Part shown: in pieces, positions 36,274 to 47,621 of the stretch
How the letters are laid out: every line of letters starts with the position of its first letter
How positions within the stretch are numbered: position 1 is the stretch's first letter
Assembly: GCA_043228905.1 (NCBI GenBank)
Contig: JBHGNT010000012.1
Location: 3,038,001-3,102,000 of the forward strand
Source: Azolla caroliniana
Lineage: Eukaryota > Plantae > Polypodiophyta
Length of the DNA: 64,000 nt
Direction: 5' to 3'
Program-made: the position numbers and the translations under genes
Notes under the pieces: generated by a model
The model's input: only the letters and a program-made list of their open reading frames with translations
Told to the model about the DNA's origin: nothing
Database searches by the model: none

Positions 36274-36921
36274 ACGCAACCACGCAACGAAGCCGTGAAG
36301 AGCTGATCTACTGCGTAAAGCCGCGAAGAGCCGATCTACCGCGCAAAGCTGTGAAGAAAGACGCAAGTCGAAGCACAAACTTCGCAACTATGCACAACGC
36401 AAGCTAGAGCATAGATTCTACAACTCCACATAAATGCGAGTCGACGCGGACTCCGAAACGCGAGTCGAAGCGGATTTCGGATACCGTCTAAAAACGACCC
36501 GACTTGAGCTTGAGGGGGCGTGTTGAGAATCAAGCTCAACTTGGTCTAGTGTGTGAACTCACCTTGAGAGTGAATAGACACTCCAATGGTCAAGAGTCAC
36601 CATTATGTCACCTCTTTGTATTTTAGCATTTAGTATGTTGTCATAGAACCATATTCTATGACACATAACTTATGAGCTTTCACATTCCCCATGCTCCATG
36701 AGTCTTGTAGTTAATGAAGAGAGAGGGTGACTATATAAATCACCCTCCTCCCACCTTGTATTTTGTCAAGTCTTTCTCCTTTGTTAATATACTTTTACCT
36801 TGCGTATCCTCTGTGTCTTACTCCTTGTCTCTCTCACTCACTCACTCTCTCTCTCTCATATACACACATAACTCACATCTCTTCCACTTCACAAGATTCG
36901 TATCCGATTATTTACAAAAGC

Positions 36922-37531
36922 CCTACTCGCCAAATTTGTGGTGTGAGGACTTCAACTAGGGAATGATTGCTGGAAAATGTTGTTGCGGTTACGTTTCGCT
37001 TACTTTAAACCAGAAAAAGGGGCCAATTGGGACCCCCAAACTAGATGGATTCTAAACATGGAGCTCAAACCTAGTTTCTCCCACCAATTGGAGGATAGAT
37101 TCAGTGCATCCATGTGGAAGGCGTGGTGTGACATTAGACGAGGGCTCAAGTGCGATCAACCTAACTCTGAACCTGCTTGGCTCAGTCAACGTATTCTATG
37201 GATTCCATGTATCAGAGATGAATCTAATAAACTAATTGGATCAAGTAAGGGGTTGTCATGGGGACACATTGTAGAAGGTCCAGGAAAAAGTATAAAATGT
37301 TGGAGACGGTTTATGTCATTGCCAATACAAGACCAAGCCAACATACTCCATGGAATCAGGGGCGGATGGGCTATGAGATCTGAAATCATTAACGCTCTAA
37401 TGATTAGGGAAGCTGCTAATCAAAGGGTGACAATAGAGAAATGGATAAGCTACGAGGAGGAGGGCTCTTTGATCCCCAGAGGTAGGGAAACACCAAACAG
37501 GATCGCAAGCTCTAAATTGCAATTATGCTAG
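36922..37531 (+). pseudogene. LINE ORF2 C-terminal segment
   Basis: SKA|LLAKFVV*...CWKMLLR continues the frame across the D TSD; SMWKAW motif. Confidence 0.85.
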
Positions 37532-37587
37532 GTGTAAGGCTTAATCAAGTGGGGAAATATATGTTGGCTATCATGGCAGGCACACAC

Positions 37588-37668
37588 ACATTAAAAAACT
37601 CAAGGATATGCCAAATCATAGAAATACCACATTTGTTTAGAATGTTGGATGTATACTATAAAAGAATC
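37588..37668 (+). repeat. Right copy of the ~80-bp direct repeat flanking the LINE
   Basis: Matches 882-961. Confidence 0.9.
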
Positions 37669-37842
37669 ACAAGAGCAAAATTCTCACATCAAGTTAGGTA
37701 GTTGACATAAAAAAATGGTTCAAAGTGGCGCATGAAAAATTTCTTAGAGATTTCAAATGATGCTATAAGCATCGAGGAAAGGTTAATGGAACCATAAAGA
37801 ACAAGTGAGAATATGCGAAAAGGACAAAATTAGCATATTACA

Positions 37843-38340
37843 TTGGAAACATCAACCTTGAATATTAGATTCAATAAAGACAAGAAGGCCTATTGGTCAT
37901 CTTCAACCTTAATTACTAACATGAGTAAGGTATTTTTTTACACAGATGCTAGTGAACCTTCCACCCAAAGAGAGAGCTACAACAACCTCCAATTACGTTG
38001 TTTGATAACTAGCTATGGAGTAAATGATGAACTTCATTTGAGAAAACACTTGGAACTAAGTTCTAGTATCGAAGAATCAACGAGCATTTTCATGCACATG
38101 TGTCTTCTGGATGAAGTAGAAATTCTATTCGGCCAATCCTAAAGTTAAGACTAAGTTAGTTTACCAGGGCGTATCTTTTTGTCAAAAAAAAAGACAAAGA
38201 AAAAAAGACCAAGTTAGTTTCAATGGGTTTACAATAGGAATACAATGTTGATTTCGACGAGATTTTTTCACCAATGGTGAAAATGACAACCTTTTGATTC
38301 TATTTGGCTAGTACTTGTAGAGGACTTAAAACTTCTTCAA
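37843..38340 (+). pseudogene. Highly decayed Copia RT relic related to family C
   Basis: FFYTDASEP and VDFDEIFSPMVKMTT versus FFTDAGEP and VDFDEIFSPVVKMTT in C. Confidence 0.7.
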
Positions 38341-38539
38341 AAAGATTGCTCGACCTTGAAGGTTATGGTGTTCAAATATGTGTGGAAATATGTATGAGGA
38401 CCTGTCTAGCTATGCTCAACAAATGACACAGAAAGAATGAAGATAAACAAAAGATGGGCACACACTTAAGCTTCAATGGAAGCTTTGTTATTCCTACAAC
38501 TCCCTCTGTACAAGACTCAAGATTCAAGAAGAGATTATC

Positions 38540-39213
38540 TGTTACAACGTTAGGTTTGAGGTCATATACTAAGCCCTAACTATCTGGATGTGTTCACACA
38601 CTAGGATACAAAGTGGAAGGAGTCGGCCTTTTATGCCAACAAACCTTTGGTTAGGACGGGGATCATATGAAGTCAGTATCATACGTGCCAGTGTCTTGGT
38701 GAATATGTAAATATAAGAAGAAAGAGGTAAAGGGCTCATTTTGGAGTTTGACTATTTTGGGGTTTTAGAGTGTCTTGGTCAGAACTAGTGACTTATTATT
38801 CTTCTTCTTCTCTTTTCTTAGGTTTTAGAGTTTCTTGTGTGGGGTGTGAGAGTGGGTATTGGGCCACTTCTCCTTCTTCTTCTTCTTCTTATTTGGGTTG
38901 TGTTAAGGTTAGTGAGGTACACTTTGTTTTCCACTCCATCTTGGGTTATTTGTTGGAGTTCTTCTTGCTCAAACAAAGAAAGGAGGCATTTAAGGAAGGC
39001 GTGTATGAGGGAGTGGAAAGCCACGACAACAAAAAAGACATGGCGCTCGTCGTTCGTGAGCTCAGACTCAAGCCACCAAAACTTGAGGACTTTCTTCCTA
39101 ATTTGTTTTCCCTTTCCCTTTTAATCTCATTTTTGTTTTACCCTATGTTAAAAGGGTTTTCTTGTTGTAATAAAAAATATGTTCTCAATCTAGTATTGTT
39201 GCACAATGTGTAA
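38540..39213 (+). mobile_element. Possible old LTR remnant
   Basis: TGTTAC...GTAAC-like ends and a TATA followed by T-rich sequence; no partner LTR or TSD found. Confidence 0.3.
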
Positions 39214-42200
39214 CTATGTTGGCAACTGAGGGTGAGAAGTTGATTGTTGGTCTCATTGGTTTTTGACGACCAAGAAGTTGTAGAATTCATGAGTGCCCCC
39301 TAGAAGGCATGTACTCCTCTTTAATCAATGAGAGCCCCTACACACATACACTCCCCTAGAAGGCATGTGCACCCCTTCAAGCGCTCTTGTGCCCCTTCGA
39401 ACGCATATGGCCCCCCTAGAAGGCACACAAACCCATTGAAGACTAGGGGACCCATTGGAATACACCTTTGGGGAAATCACACAAGTACAATCCCATGAAG
39501 GTTGCAAGTACCTCTCTCACGACTCCATGTCCTCCCTAGTTCAGGGTCCCCACGGTCCTGTTTGAGCAACACACTCACACACGTTTACACGACACTAGTT
39601 GTTGGCTCTTTGACACATTTAACTCCCAATTGTCTTCTCAATCTCATACTACACATTAAGAGTTATAATACCTCTCTGCACTACACATTAAGACTTGAGC
39701 TGCCATGGCATTAAATAACATTGCTTCACTTTCCATCCATGAGTATCATTTTGGTTGCAAGGTATAATAAAATTTCCAACCAACTTGAAGCCTAAACTCA
39801 AAGCATACACTCCATTTATTTTTGGGAAGTACGTTAATACCAATATACCTAAAGCTTTGTACAATTGTACATGCTCTCTTGTTTATGTAAGATAGGGTTT
39901 TGGAGATGTTTGATGGTTCACACTACCATCATTTTTATTTTATCCATATTCACAACTAGTCACACTACTTTGGCAAAATGCTTTTAATGCTCCAAGTGAA
40001 CGTTGCAACATCAAATGAAAAGACAATCACATTATCCACATATAAAAGTGATAACACAACTTATTGCATAAGTTTTTGAACATCTAATCCTTCTTCTTTG
40101 CAACTCTTTTCACTACTTCATCCAATTTATCAATACATAAACCAATGAGTGTAGGTGATAGTAGCCATTCTTACTTAACCCCCCATATACCATATAACTT
40201 GTTAATGTCATCATGCAATCTTACCTCAATTCTCTAATGGTATGTCTATTTGTACCATTTTATTCCAAAGCTCACTTCATGGTACTATGTCAAAAGTTTG
40301 TTTTAAATCAGCAAAATAACAATAGATAGTTTTTTAGTGTTGTCGACCTTCTTCCATAATTACTTTTAATGTGGCCAAATTATTCACGATGGAGCATTTT
40401 TGTCTAAAATCGGCTTGCGTAATTGCTCATTTTTTCTACTTTCAACCCATGTACTTACCTTTTGCTCCATTACGTGCTATACATTTAACAATAGTTGAGC
40501 ACAATGATCATTGATAGTGTTTTTCCTTGTAGTTGACTCTTCCATAACTCTTATTGTAACCAAATGATCAATAATAGAGTGTTTTGGTCTAAAAGCGACT
40601 TGCCCAAGTACTTGTTTGTTTTGGCTTTTGACCATGAACTTGACTTTTGCTCCTTGATTATGTTTTACAATTTAGCAATAATTGAGCTCACCAATTTTTT
40701 TGATAATTTGATGATTGATTCTAATGTCCTACTTTGAATATTGGCTTAATCTAATTCATGAACCAATAATTCGGCAAGCCTTATTTAACTACTTGATCAA
40801 TAGTGGTCATTATTCATGAGTATGTGCATTGTCCATTATAAGAGCTTAGTTGGCTAGAGAGTTACATTAGATGCTTTGCCATTAGCTATCTTTTTTGTTC
40901 CCTTATTTACATCCTCAATTTCAATGAATGTATTACAAGGTGTTCAATGTTCTCAACCATAGGAGCCACTACCTTATGTATATATTTGAGTGCATCTCTT
41001 CATTCTTAATTCACCTTTGACAATTTCTTTATTACCCTTGAGTTGTCTCCATGTTAATTTTGGTTGGAGGTTTTTTATCCTTTGTTGCATTTGGAAGTAT
41101 TGCTTTTTTCTCTCTCCTCACTACCTTTCTATATCATTGTCATGCCATAGCCCTTTCACTTTTGCCTTTTACAAACTTAAATAGTTTGAGGTACATCTTG
41201 TGTTCTTCAGCAAACCAAGAATACATGGGAAACTAGATGTTTTAGGTCCACCAACGTGCATCTAAAAGTATTGATATCCTACCTTAAGGACTATATCTTT
41301 CAGATGTTGCCAATTTTCTTTGACATCATAACCTAGAGAGAGTTTTGACTAATGGTTTGAGTAAGGGGTAGAGAACTGATTTTAAATGCATTAACCATGG
41401 ATAGATCATATTCCTTTCGCAATGCATAATGTACATACCACACTTTCTCTACCTAAGATAGGTGAACATGTGAGTACACACAATCTGTTCATACTCATGG
41501 GGCTAGAAAACAAAATTATATGATTGGTGGAGGGGGTGTAGTACATACAAATCCATATTTGGTTCTTGAACAAGCAGTTCGTACATTTATGCATATGTTT
41601 GCTTGTAAAGAGCAAGTTCTTAATAAAGGTGTTAAATGAAAGTGTCGTCATTGAATGTGTGAGGGGCATCTTCTCCTCATAAGAAATATTATTACGGAAA
41701 ACTTTATTTAAAGAGGAATGGGATGTTTTATGTGTAGTTGAACATAAGTGTCACTATTCACTATGTGATACACTTTCATGGATATTCTACATATTATGCA
41801 GGTTAGTTAGCATATCATTATTTAGATGTAATCATGATTATTCATTATTTGTTTTGTGCACATATATTGTATAATAATCCATATGCATGTTTTTTAGTGA
41901 TGGGAGTCAAGTACTTCGATGTTTTATAATGGTTTGTAGGACTTTATGCATCCAACACTATTAATCAACACATTGAGTTGTGGTTTTCTATGTATTCAAG
42001 GTTATCAATAGGTCATGTTGGTTTTTTAATGGGTGATTTTAACATGTGTGTTCATGCATCACAATCTACCTCACAATTCTCATTGATTGATTCTCCTTAA
42101 CAAGCTATTTGGGACAAATTAACGTATGAGGTTTTCATATGGATGTATGGACAATTTATGCAATATAAGAAAACATGGAGTAGGTTTTGCCGAATGTATG

Positions 42201-42265
42201 TTAAATGCTTGATCAATACTTTTTGCTAGAGGTTTGGCCAAATCTAGCAACGAGTGATGATACTG

Positions 42266-45200
42266 TGTTGAGAATCAACACTCCGATTCGCCTTCACCGC
42301 TCGGCCGCAACCGAGGAAACACGAATCAATGCAGCAGAAAATAGGAAACACAGAGAAAGACACGATAACACAGGGATTAACGTGGAAAACCCTATACGGG
42401 AAAAACCACGGGAGTGCAAGACTCCAAACCAAAACTATGCACAGAGAAATATACAATGGCGAGCTGCAAGGCGACGACCTTGAGCTCGCTATCCTCGCCA
42501 CAGGCGGCGGTATTACACAGAGGCGTCGACCTCTCCCTCTCTCACGCTCTATCTCTCTCACGGCTGCTCTCTCTTCACTCCTCTTGAGTGGAAAAACAGA
42601 AAATTAAGTAGCAACAGTAACAACTGTTTGCCCTAAGTCATATTTATACACATATGACTTTCGGGCTATTTACAAATATAGCCTCAAGAGCCCTTGGCAA
42701 ACATATTCACAAATATGTCCCCGCATCCGGATCTCTTTCCGGGTACATTCGTCATCCGGCTCCGTAACCGGGGTCTTCATCATCCGGCTCCGTAGCCGGG
42801 TCTTCATCATCCGGCTCCGTAACCGCAACCGGGCTTGCCGTCATTCATCTCCGGACATCCCATCCGGAGGGACCGACATCCCAACAAACTCCCCCTTCAC
42901 TTCGGCATGGGATGTCTCTCCAATCCGATCCTCTTCCGGCATGCTTCCAGCTTGTCGGGTGTGAGCACCTTGGTCAGCATATCCGACCCGTTCTCGTCCG
43001 TGTGGATCTTCGTCAGCACGAACTCCTTGTCTTCTATCCTTTCCCGGATCCAGTGGTATCTACGCTGGATGTGTTTCGTCCGGGAATGGTAGGCCGCGTT
43101 CTTTGCAAGGTGGATCGCACTCTGACTATCGCAGTAGAGCCGGTACTCCTCCTGCCGGATACCGAGCTCTCTAATGAAGTCCTTCATCCATATTATTTCC
43201 TTGCCGGCTTCAACAGCCGCCATGTACTCCGCCTCCGTGGTTGACAACGCAACCGTCTTCTGCAACCTCGACTGCCACGAAACGGCTCCCCCTGCATATG
43301 TCATTACATACCCAGATGTAGACCAGCTGGTATCCGCATCAGCCGACATGTCCGAATCGGTAAATCCATCGAGTTCGGGCTTATCGGAGCCGAATCGGAG
43401 GCACATGTTCGAAGTGCCCTTTAAGTATCGGAGTATCCATTTGACCGCGTTCCAGTGCTCCTTGCCGGGATTACTCATGTACCGGCTCACCACTCCGACT
43501 GCATATCCTAAGTCCGGTCTTGTACACACCATTGCGTACATCAAGCTTCCGACGACAGAGGCATATGGTACTTTCATCATGTCCTCCTTCTCAGCCTTTG
43601 TCTTGGGGCTTTGCTTGCTGGACAACTTGCAGTTTGCCGGGAGGGTTGACCCGACCGATCTTGCTTCCGACATGTTGAACCGGTGAAGCACCTTTGTCAC
43701 GTACTTCTCCTGTGACAGCCACAACTGCTTCTTTTTCCGGTCCCGAATGATGTGCATCCCTAGTATTTGCCTCGCCGGACCCAGGTCCTTCATTGAGAAG
43801 GTTCGGTGAAGCGCTTTCTTCAGCACCCGTATCTTGACCTGGTCCCGTCCGATGATCAACATGTCATCCACGTACAGGAGGAGTATTAGAGAGTCTCCTC
43901 CTTCGAACATCTTCACAAACACGCAGTGATCGGACTGCGTTTTGTGGTACCCTTCGTCGGTCATGAAAGAGTCGAACTTCCGGTACCATTGCCGGGGAGC
44001 CTGCTTCAGTCCGTACAGGCTCTTCTTCAACCGGCATACCAGGTGCTCCTTCCCTTTCTTCTCGAATCCTTCCGGTTGCTGCATGTAGATCTCTTCTTCG
44101 AGGTCACCGTGAAGAAATGCCGTCTTCACGTCCATCTGTTCTACCTCGAGGTCCATGCTTACCGCTATGCTCAGCACCGTCCGGATGGAGGTCATCTTCA
44201 CTACCGGGGCAAATATCTCGTCGAAGTCGACGCCCTTCTTCTGCTGGAACCCCTTCACCACGATCCTGGCTTTGTATCTCGGGGGGTTTCCGGCATCTCC
44301 CGGTTTCAGCTTGAACACCCACTTGTTTCGAAGTGCCCGCTTTCCTTTCGGCAACTCCACAAGTTCATATGTGTGGTTCTCATGCAGGGAATCCATCTCC
44401 TCCTGCATGGCACTTAACCACCTGCGGCTATGGGTGTCAAGCTTTGCTTCTTCAAAACTCTCTGGCTCCCCCTCGTCGGTTAGCAGCACGTGCTCTGGTT
44501 CCGGAAATCTCCTAGGGGCCCTTCTCACTCTTAGAGGATATCTCCGTTCCGGAGCTTCGGTAACCGGCTCCTCCGTTTCCTCTTCATCCGAATCCATTTC
44601 GGGATCGGGGCCGGTTCCGGTATCAGTTTCATCTTCCTCGGCCGGTTCTGTTTCTTCACCGTCTTCGGCCGGATCCTCGAGTGCTAACCGGTCCCTTGCC
44701 GGTCGGGACTGCTCCTCGTAGAGTTTATCCTCACCGGACGACTTGGAGCTCTTCATCTTCTTCTCCGACTCCCAGTCGGCGAGTGTCTTGTCCTCCATGA
44801 AGATGATATCACGACTCCGGAATATCTTTTTGTCGACCGGGTCCCACACTCGGTAGCCGAACTCGTCGTCGCCGTAACCGAGGAATATGCATGGCCGGGT
44901 CTTTGGGTCTAGCTTTCCTCTCCGGTCCTTTGCCACATGCACATATGCGAGACACCCGAACACCTTCAGATGCCGGTAGGATACTTCCCTACCGGTCCAT
45001 ACTCTCTGCGGCGTGTCTCCGTCCAAAGGTACTGAGGGTGATCTGTTTATCACGTATGTCGCCGTCGACATTGCCTCAGCCCAAAACCCCTTGGGTAATT
45101 TCGCATGCGCCAGCATACTCCGGACCCTCTCCATTATGGTCCGGTTCATCCTCTCGGCCAGCCCGTTCAGTTCCGGCGTCTTCGGCACAGTGAACTCGAG

Positions 45201-47621
45201 CCGGATTCCCTTCGAGCGACAGTACTCCTCGAACTGCCCCCGGTATTCCCCTCCGTTATCCGCTCGTATCGCTTTCAGCTCCTTGCCGGATTCCCTTTCC
45301 ACTCTCGCGTGGAGTTCTTTGAAGACGCACAACACTTGGTCCTTTGTCTTCAATGGTGCCGTCCACAACTTCCGGCTGTGATCATCAATGAATGTCACGA
45401 AGTACTGGGCTCCGCCATGTGACTTCGTTTCTACTTGACACACGTCAGTGTGCACCAACTCCAATGGTGCGCTACGTCTCGTCGGTGGCCTTGAGTGGAA
45501 GGAGGTTCGGTTCTGCTTACCGGCCAGACAGTCGGTACACTTCCCCAAGTGTACGTGCTTTACCGGTATCAGGTTGTCTTCGGCAAGCCTCTTCATCCCC
45601 TTCTCACTCATGTGACACAGTCTCTTGTGCCACAGCTCACCGGCAGTATCGGCTGCCACGTTCAGCTCCTCCGGACATAGCCGGGAATTCATCAGGTACA
45701 GTGTGTTGACCTTCCGGGCCCGAGCCACTATCAGGCTCCCTTTGCTGAACTTCATGACACCGTTCCGGATGCTACCCGTGTAGCCTTCATCGTCTAGCCT
45801 CCCGGCCGAAATCAGGTTCAATCGAACCTCCGGAACGTGTCGAACATCCTTCAGCAGCATCTTGCATCCGGTTGATGTCATCAGCCACACGTCTCCTATG
45901 CCGGCAATCCGGCATGTACCTTCATTTCCCATCCGGACACAGCCGTGCTCACCGGCTGTGTAGGATGAGAAGTATTTCTTCTCCGGGGTCAGGTGGAACG
46001 ACGCTCCGGAATCGACCACCCAGGTCATCTCTTCACTGGCAAGGTTCAGCTCCCTCTCTTCGGTAATGAGCATTATCTCTTCTTCACTTGCCGCGAGTGC
46101 CGTCGTTCCTTTTCGGTCCTGCCCTCGCCGATCCGGACCTCTCCGGTCCGTGGCTCCCCGGTATGCACCGTTTCGCTCCGGTGACTTCTTCGAATCGGTG
46201 TCGTCGGCTCCGTTGTCTTTTCGGTAATGCCGACAATTCTTCCGGAAGTGTCCCGGCTTCCCACAGTGGAAGCATGTGGGTCTTCCTCTTGACTGCGACC
46301 GGGTCCCCGACTTCTCCCGTCTTTGCGGACTCCGGTTCCATTGTCTTCCCCGATCCGATTCGGTAAGCAGCGCCTTCGAGTCGGAGGCCGGTTCTTTATC
46401 TCTCCGACGCGCTTCTTCGTTCAAAATACTTGTCTTTACCGTTTGTAGGGACAAGTTATCTTCCGTGCAGGAGGTGCTGAGAGTCACCACCAAGTTCTCC
46501 CAGCTTTCCGGCAATGTACACATCAGAATGATGGCTTGCATTGCATCCTCCAGCGGGAACTTGATCGCCGCAAGCTGGTTCACGAATCCCATGAACGTGC
46601 TTACGTGTTCCACCATACTCTCGTTGTCCCGGTACTTGAGGTTCACTATCTTCCTCATCAGGGAGGTCCGGTTCAACGCATTCTTCCTCTCGTAGAGGCC
46701 CGACAGCTTCCGCCACATCTCATATGCGTTGATGTCGTTCGCCACATGTTGTAGAACACTCACGTCGACGTATTGCCGAATGGTTGCAACGGCTTTCCGG
46801 TTCAGAAGCCTCCATTCCGACTCAAGTACCCCCTTCGGTATTTTCGACCTGTCAATCGGTTCGTACAGGTCCCGAACAATCAGAAGATCCTCCATCTTGA
46901 TCTTCCAGTCGGCGTAATTCTGCGCATTCAGCACCATCATCCCCGGCTGCCCGCTACCGCCGCCTTCCATTTTCTGCAGCAGCTCGCTCTGATACCACTT
47001 TGTTGAGAATCAACACTCCGATTCGCCTTCACCGCTCGGCCGCAACCGAGGAAACACGAATCAATGCAGCAGAAAATAGGAAACACAGAGAAAGACACGA
47101 TAACACAGGGATTAACGTGGAAAACCCTATACGGGAAAAACCACGGGAGTGCAAGACTCCAAACCAAAACTATGCACAGAGAAATATACAATGGCGAGCT
47201 GCAAGGCGACGACCTTGAGCTCGCTATCCTCGCCACAGGCGGCGGTATTACACAGAGGCGTCGACCTCTCCCTCTCTCACGCTCTATCTCTCTCACGGCT
47301 GCTCTCTCTTCACTCCTCTTGAGTGGAAAAACAGAAAATTAAGTAGCAACAGTAACAACTGTTTGCCCTAAGTCATATTTATACACATATGACTTTCGGG
47401 CTATTTACAAATATAGCCTCAAGAGCCCTTGGCAAACATATTCACAAATATGTCCCCGCATCCGGATCTCTTTCCGGGTACATTCGTCATCCGGCTCCGT
47501 AACCGGGGTCTTCATCATCCGGCTCCGTAGCCGGGTCTTCATCATCCGGCTCCGTAACCGCAACCGGGCTTGCCGTCATTCATCTCCGGACATCCCATCC
47601 AGAGGGACCGACATCCCAACA
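42266..47621 (-). mobile_element. Ty1/Copia element F (A/B family), full length and very young; LTRs 42266-42886 and 47001-47621
   Basis: 621-bp LTRs with one visible difference; TSD TACTG/TATTG; PBS complement 46986-46997; PPT complement 42887-42896. Confidence 0.97.
42897..46970 (-). CDS. Intact Copia gag-pol polyprotein (1357 aa)
   Basis: Single ORF with CCHC, DSGAS, integrase DDE, YVDD and RNase H motifs. Confidence 0.97.
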   Translation of the reverse strand: MEGGGSGQPGMMVLNAQNYADWKIKMEDLLIVRDLYEPIDRSKIPKGVLESEWRLLNRKAVATIRQYVDVSVLQHVANDINAYEMWRKLSGLYERKNALNRTSLMRKIVNLKYRDNESMVEHVSTFMGFVNQLAAIKFPLEDAMQAIILMCTLPESWENLVVTLSTSCTEDNLSLQTVKTSILNEEARRRDKEPASDSKALLTESDRGRQWNRSPQRREKSGTRSQSRGRPTCFHCGKPGHFRKNCRHYRKDNGADDTDSKKSPERNGAYRGATDRRGPDRRGQDRKGTTALAASEEEIMLITEERELNLASEEMTWVVDSGASFHLTPEKKYFSSYTAGEHGCVRMGNEGTCRIAGIGDVWLMTSTGCKMLLKDVRHVPEVRLNLISAGRLDDEGYTGSIRNGVMKFSKGSLIVARARKVNTLYLMNSRLCPEELNVAADTAGELWHKRLCHMSEKGMKRLAEDNLIPVKHVHLGKCTDCLAGKQNRTSFHSRPPTRRSAPLELVHTDVCQVETKSHGGAQYFVTFIDDHSRKLWTAPLKTKDQVLCVFKELHARVERESGKELKAIRADNGGEYRGQFEEYCRSKGIRLEFTVPKTPELNGLAERMNRTIMERVRSMLAHAKLPKGFWAEAMSTATYVINRSPSVPLDGDTPQRVWTGREVSYRHLKVFGCLAYVHVAKDRRGKLDPKTRPCIFLGYGDDEFGYRVWDPVDKKIFRSRDIIFMEDKTLADWESEKKMKSSKSSGEDKLYEEQSRPARDRLALEDPAEDGEETEPAEEDETDTGTGPDPEMDSDEEETEEPVTEAPERRYPLRVRRAPRRFPEPEHVLLTDEGEPESFEEAKLDTHSRRWLSAMQEEMDSLHENHTYELVELPKGKRALRNKWVFKLKPGDAGNPPRYKARIVVKGFQQKKGVDFDEIFAPVVKMTSIRTVLSIAVSMDLEVEQMDVKTAFLHGDLEEEIYMQQPEGFEKKGKEHLVCRLKKSLYGLKQAPRQWYRKFDSFMTDEGYHKTQSDHCVFVKMFEGGDSLILLLYVDDMLIIGRDQVKIRVLKKALHRTFSMKDLGPARQILGMHIIRDRKKKQLWLSQEKYVTKVLHRFNMSEARSVGSTLPANCKLSSKQSPKTKAEKEDMMKVPYASVVGSLMYAMVCTRPDLGYAVGVVSRYMSNPGKEHWNAVKWILRYLKGTSNMCLRFGSDKPELDGFTDSDMSADADTSWSTSGYVMTYAGGAVSWQSRLQKTVALSTTEAEYMAAVEAGKEIIWMKDFIRELGIRQEEYRLYCDSQSAIHLAKNAAYHSRTKHIQRRYHWIRERIEDKEFVLTKIHTDENGSDMLTKVLTPDKLEACRKRIGLERHPMPK

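Larger units (their letters stand above)
21807..36916 (+). mobile_element. Ty1/Copia element D (third family), degenerate; LTRs 21807-22165 and 36521-36916
   Basis: TSD AAAGC (21802-21806/36917-36921), PBS 22166-22177, PPT TGAGGGGGCG 36511-36520. Confidence 0.95.
962..37587 (+). mobile_element. Degenerate L1-like non-LTR retrotransposon split by nested insertions (own sequence ~4.8 kb: 962-5156, 21740-21806, 36922-37587)
   Basis: APE endonuclease and RT motifs; the reading frame rejoins across the Copia A and D TSDs; bounded by the ~80-bp direct repeat; ends in a short (CA)n run. Confidence 0.88.

Noticed and set aside
5860-47342. Many short overlapping or antisense ORFs repeated in A, B, E and F
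   Set aside because: Shadows of the GC-rich gag-pol and LTR sequence; they recur only because the elements are paralogous.
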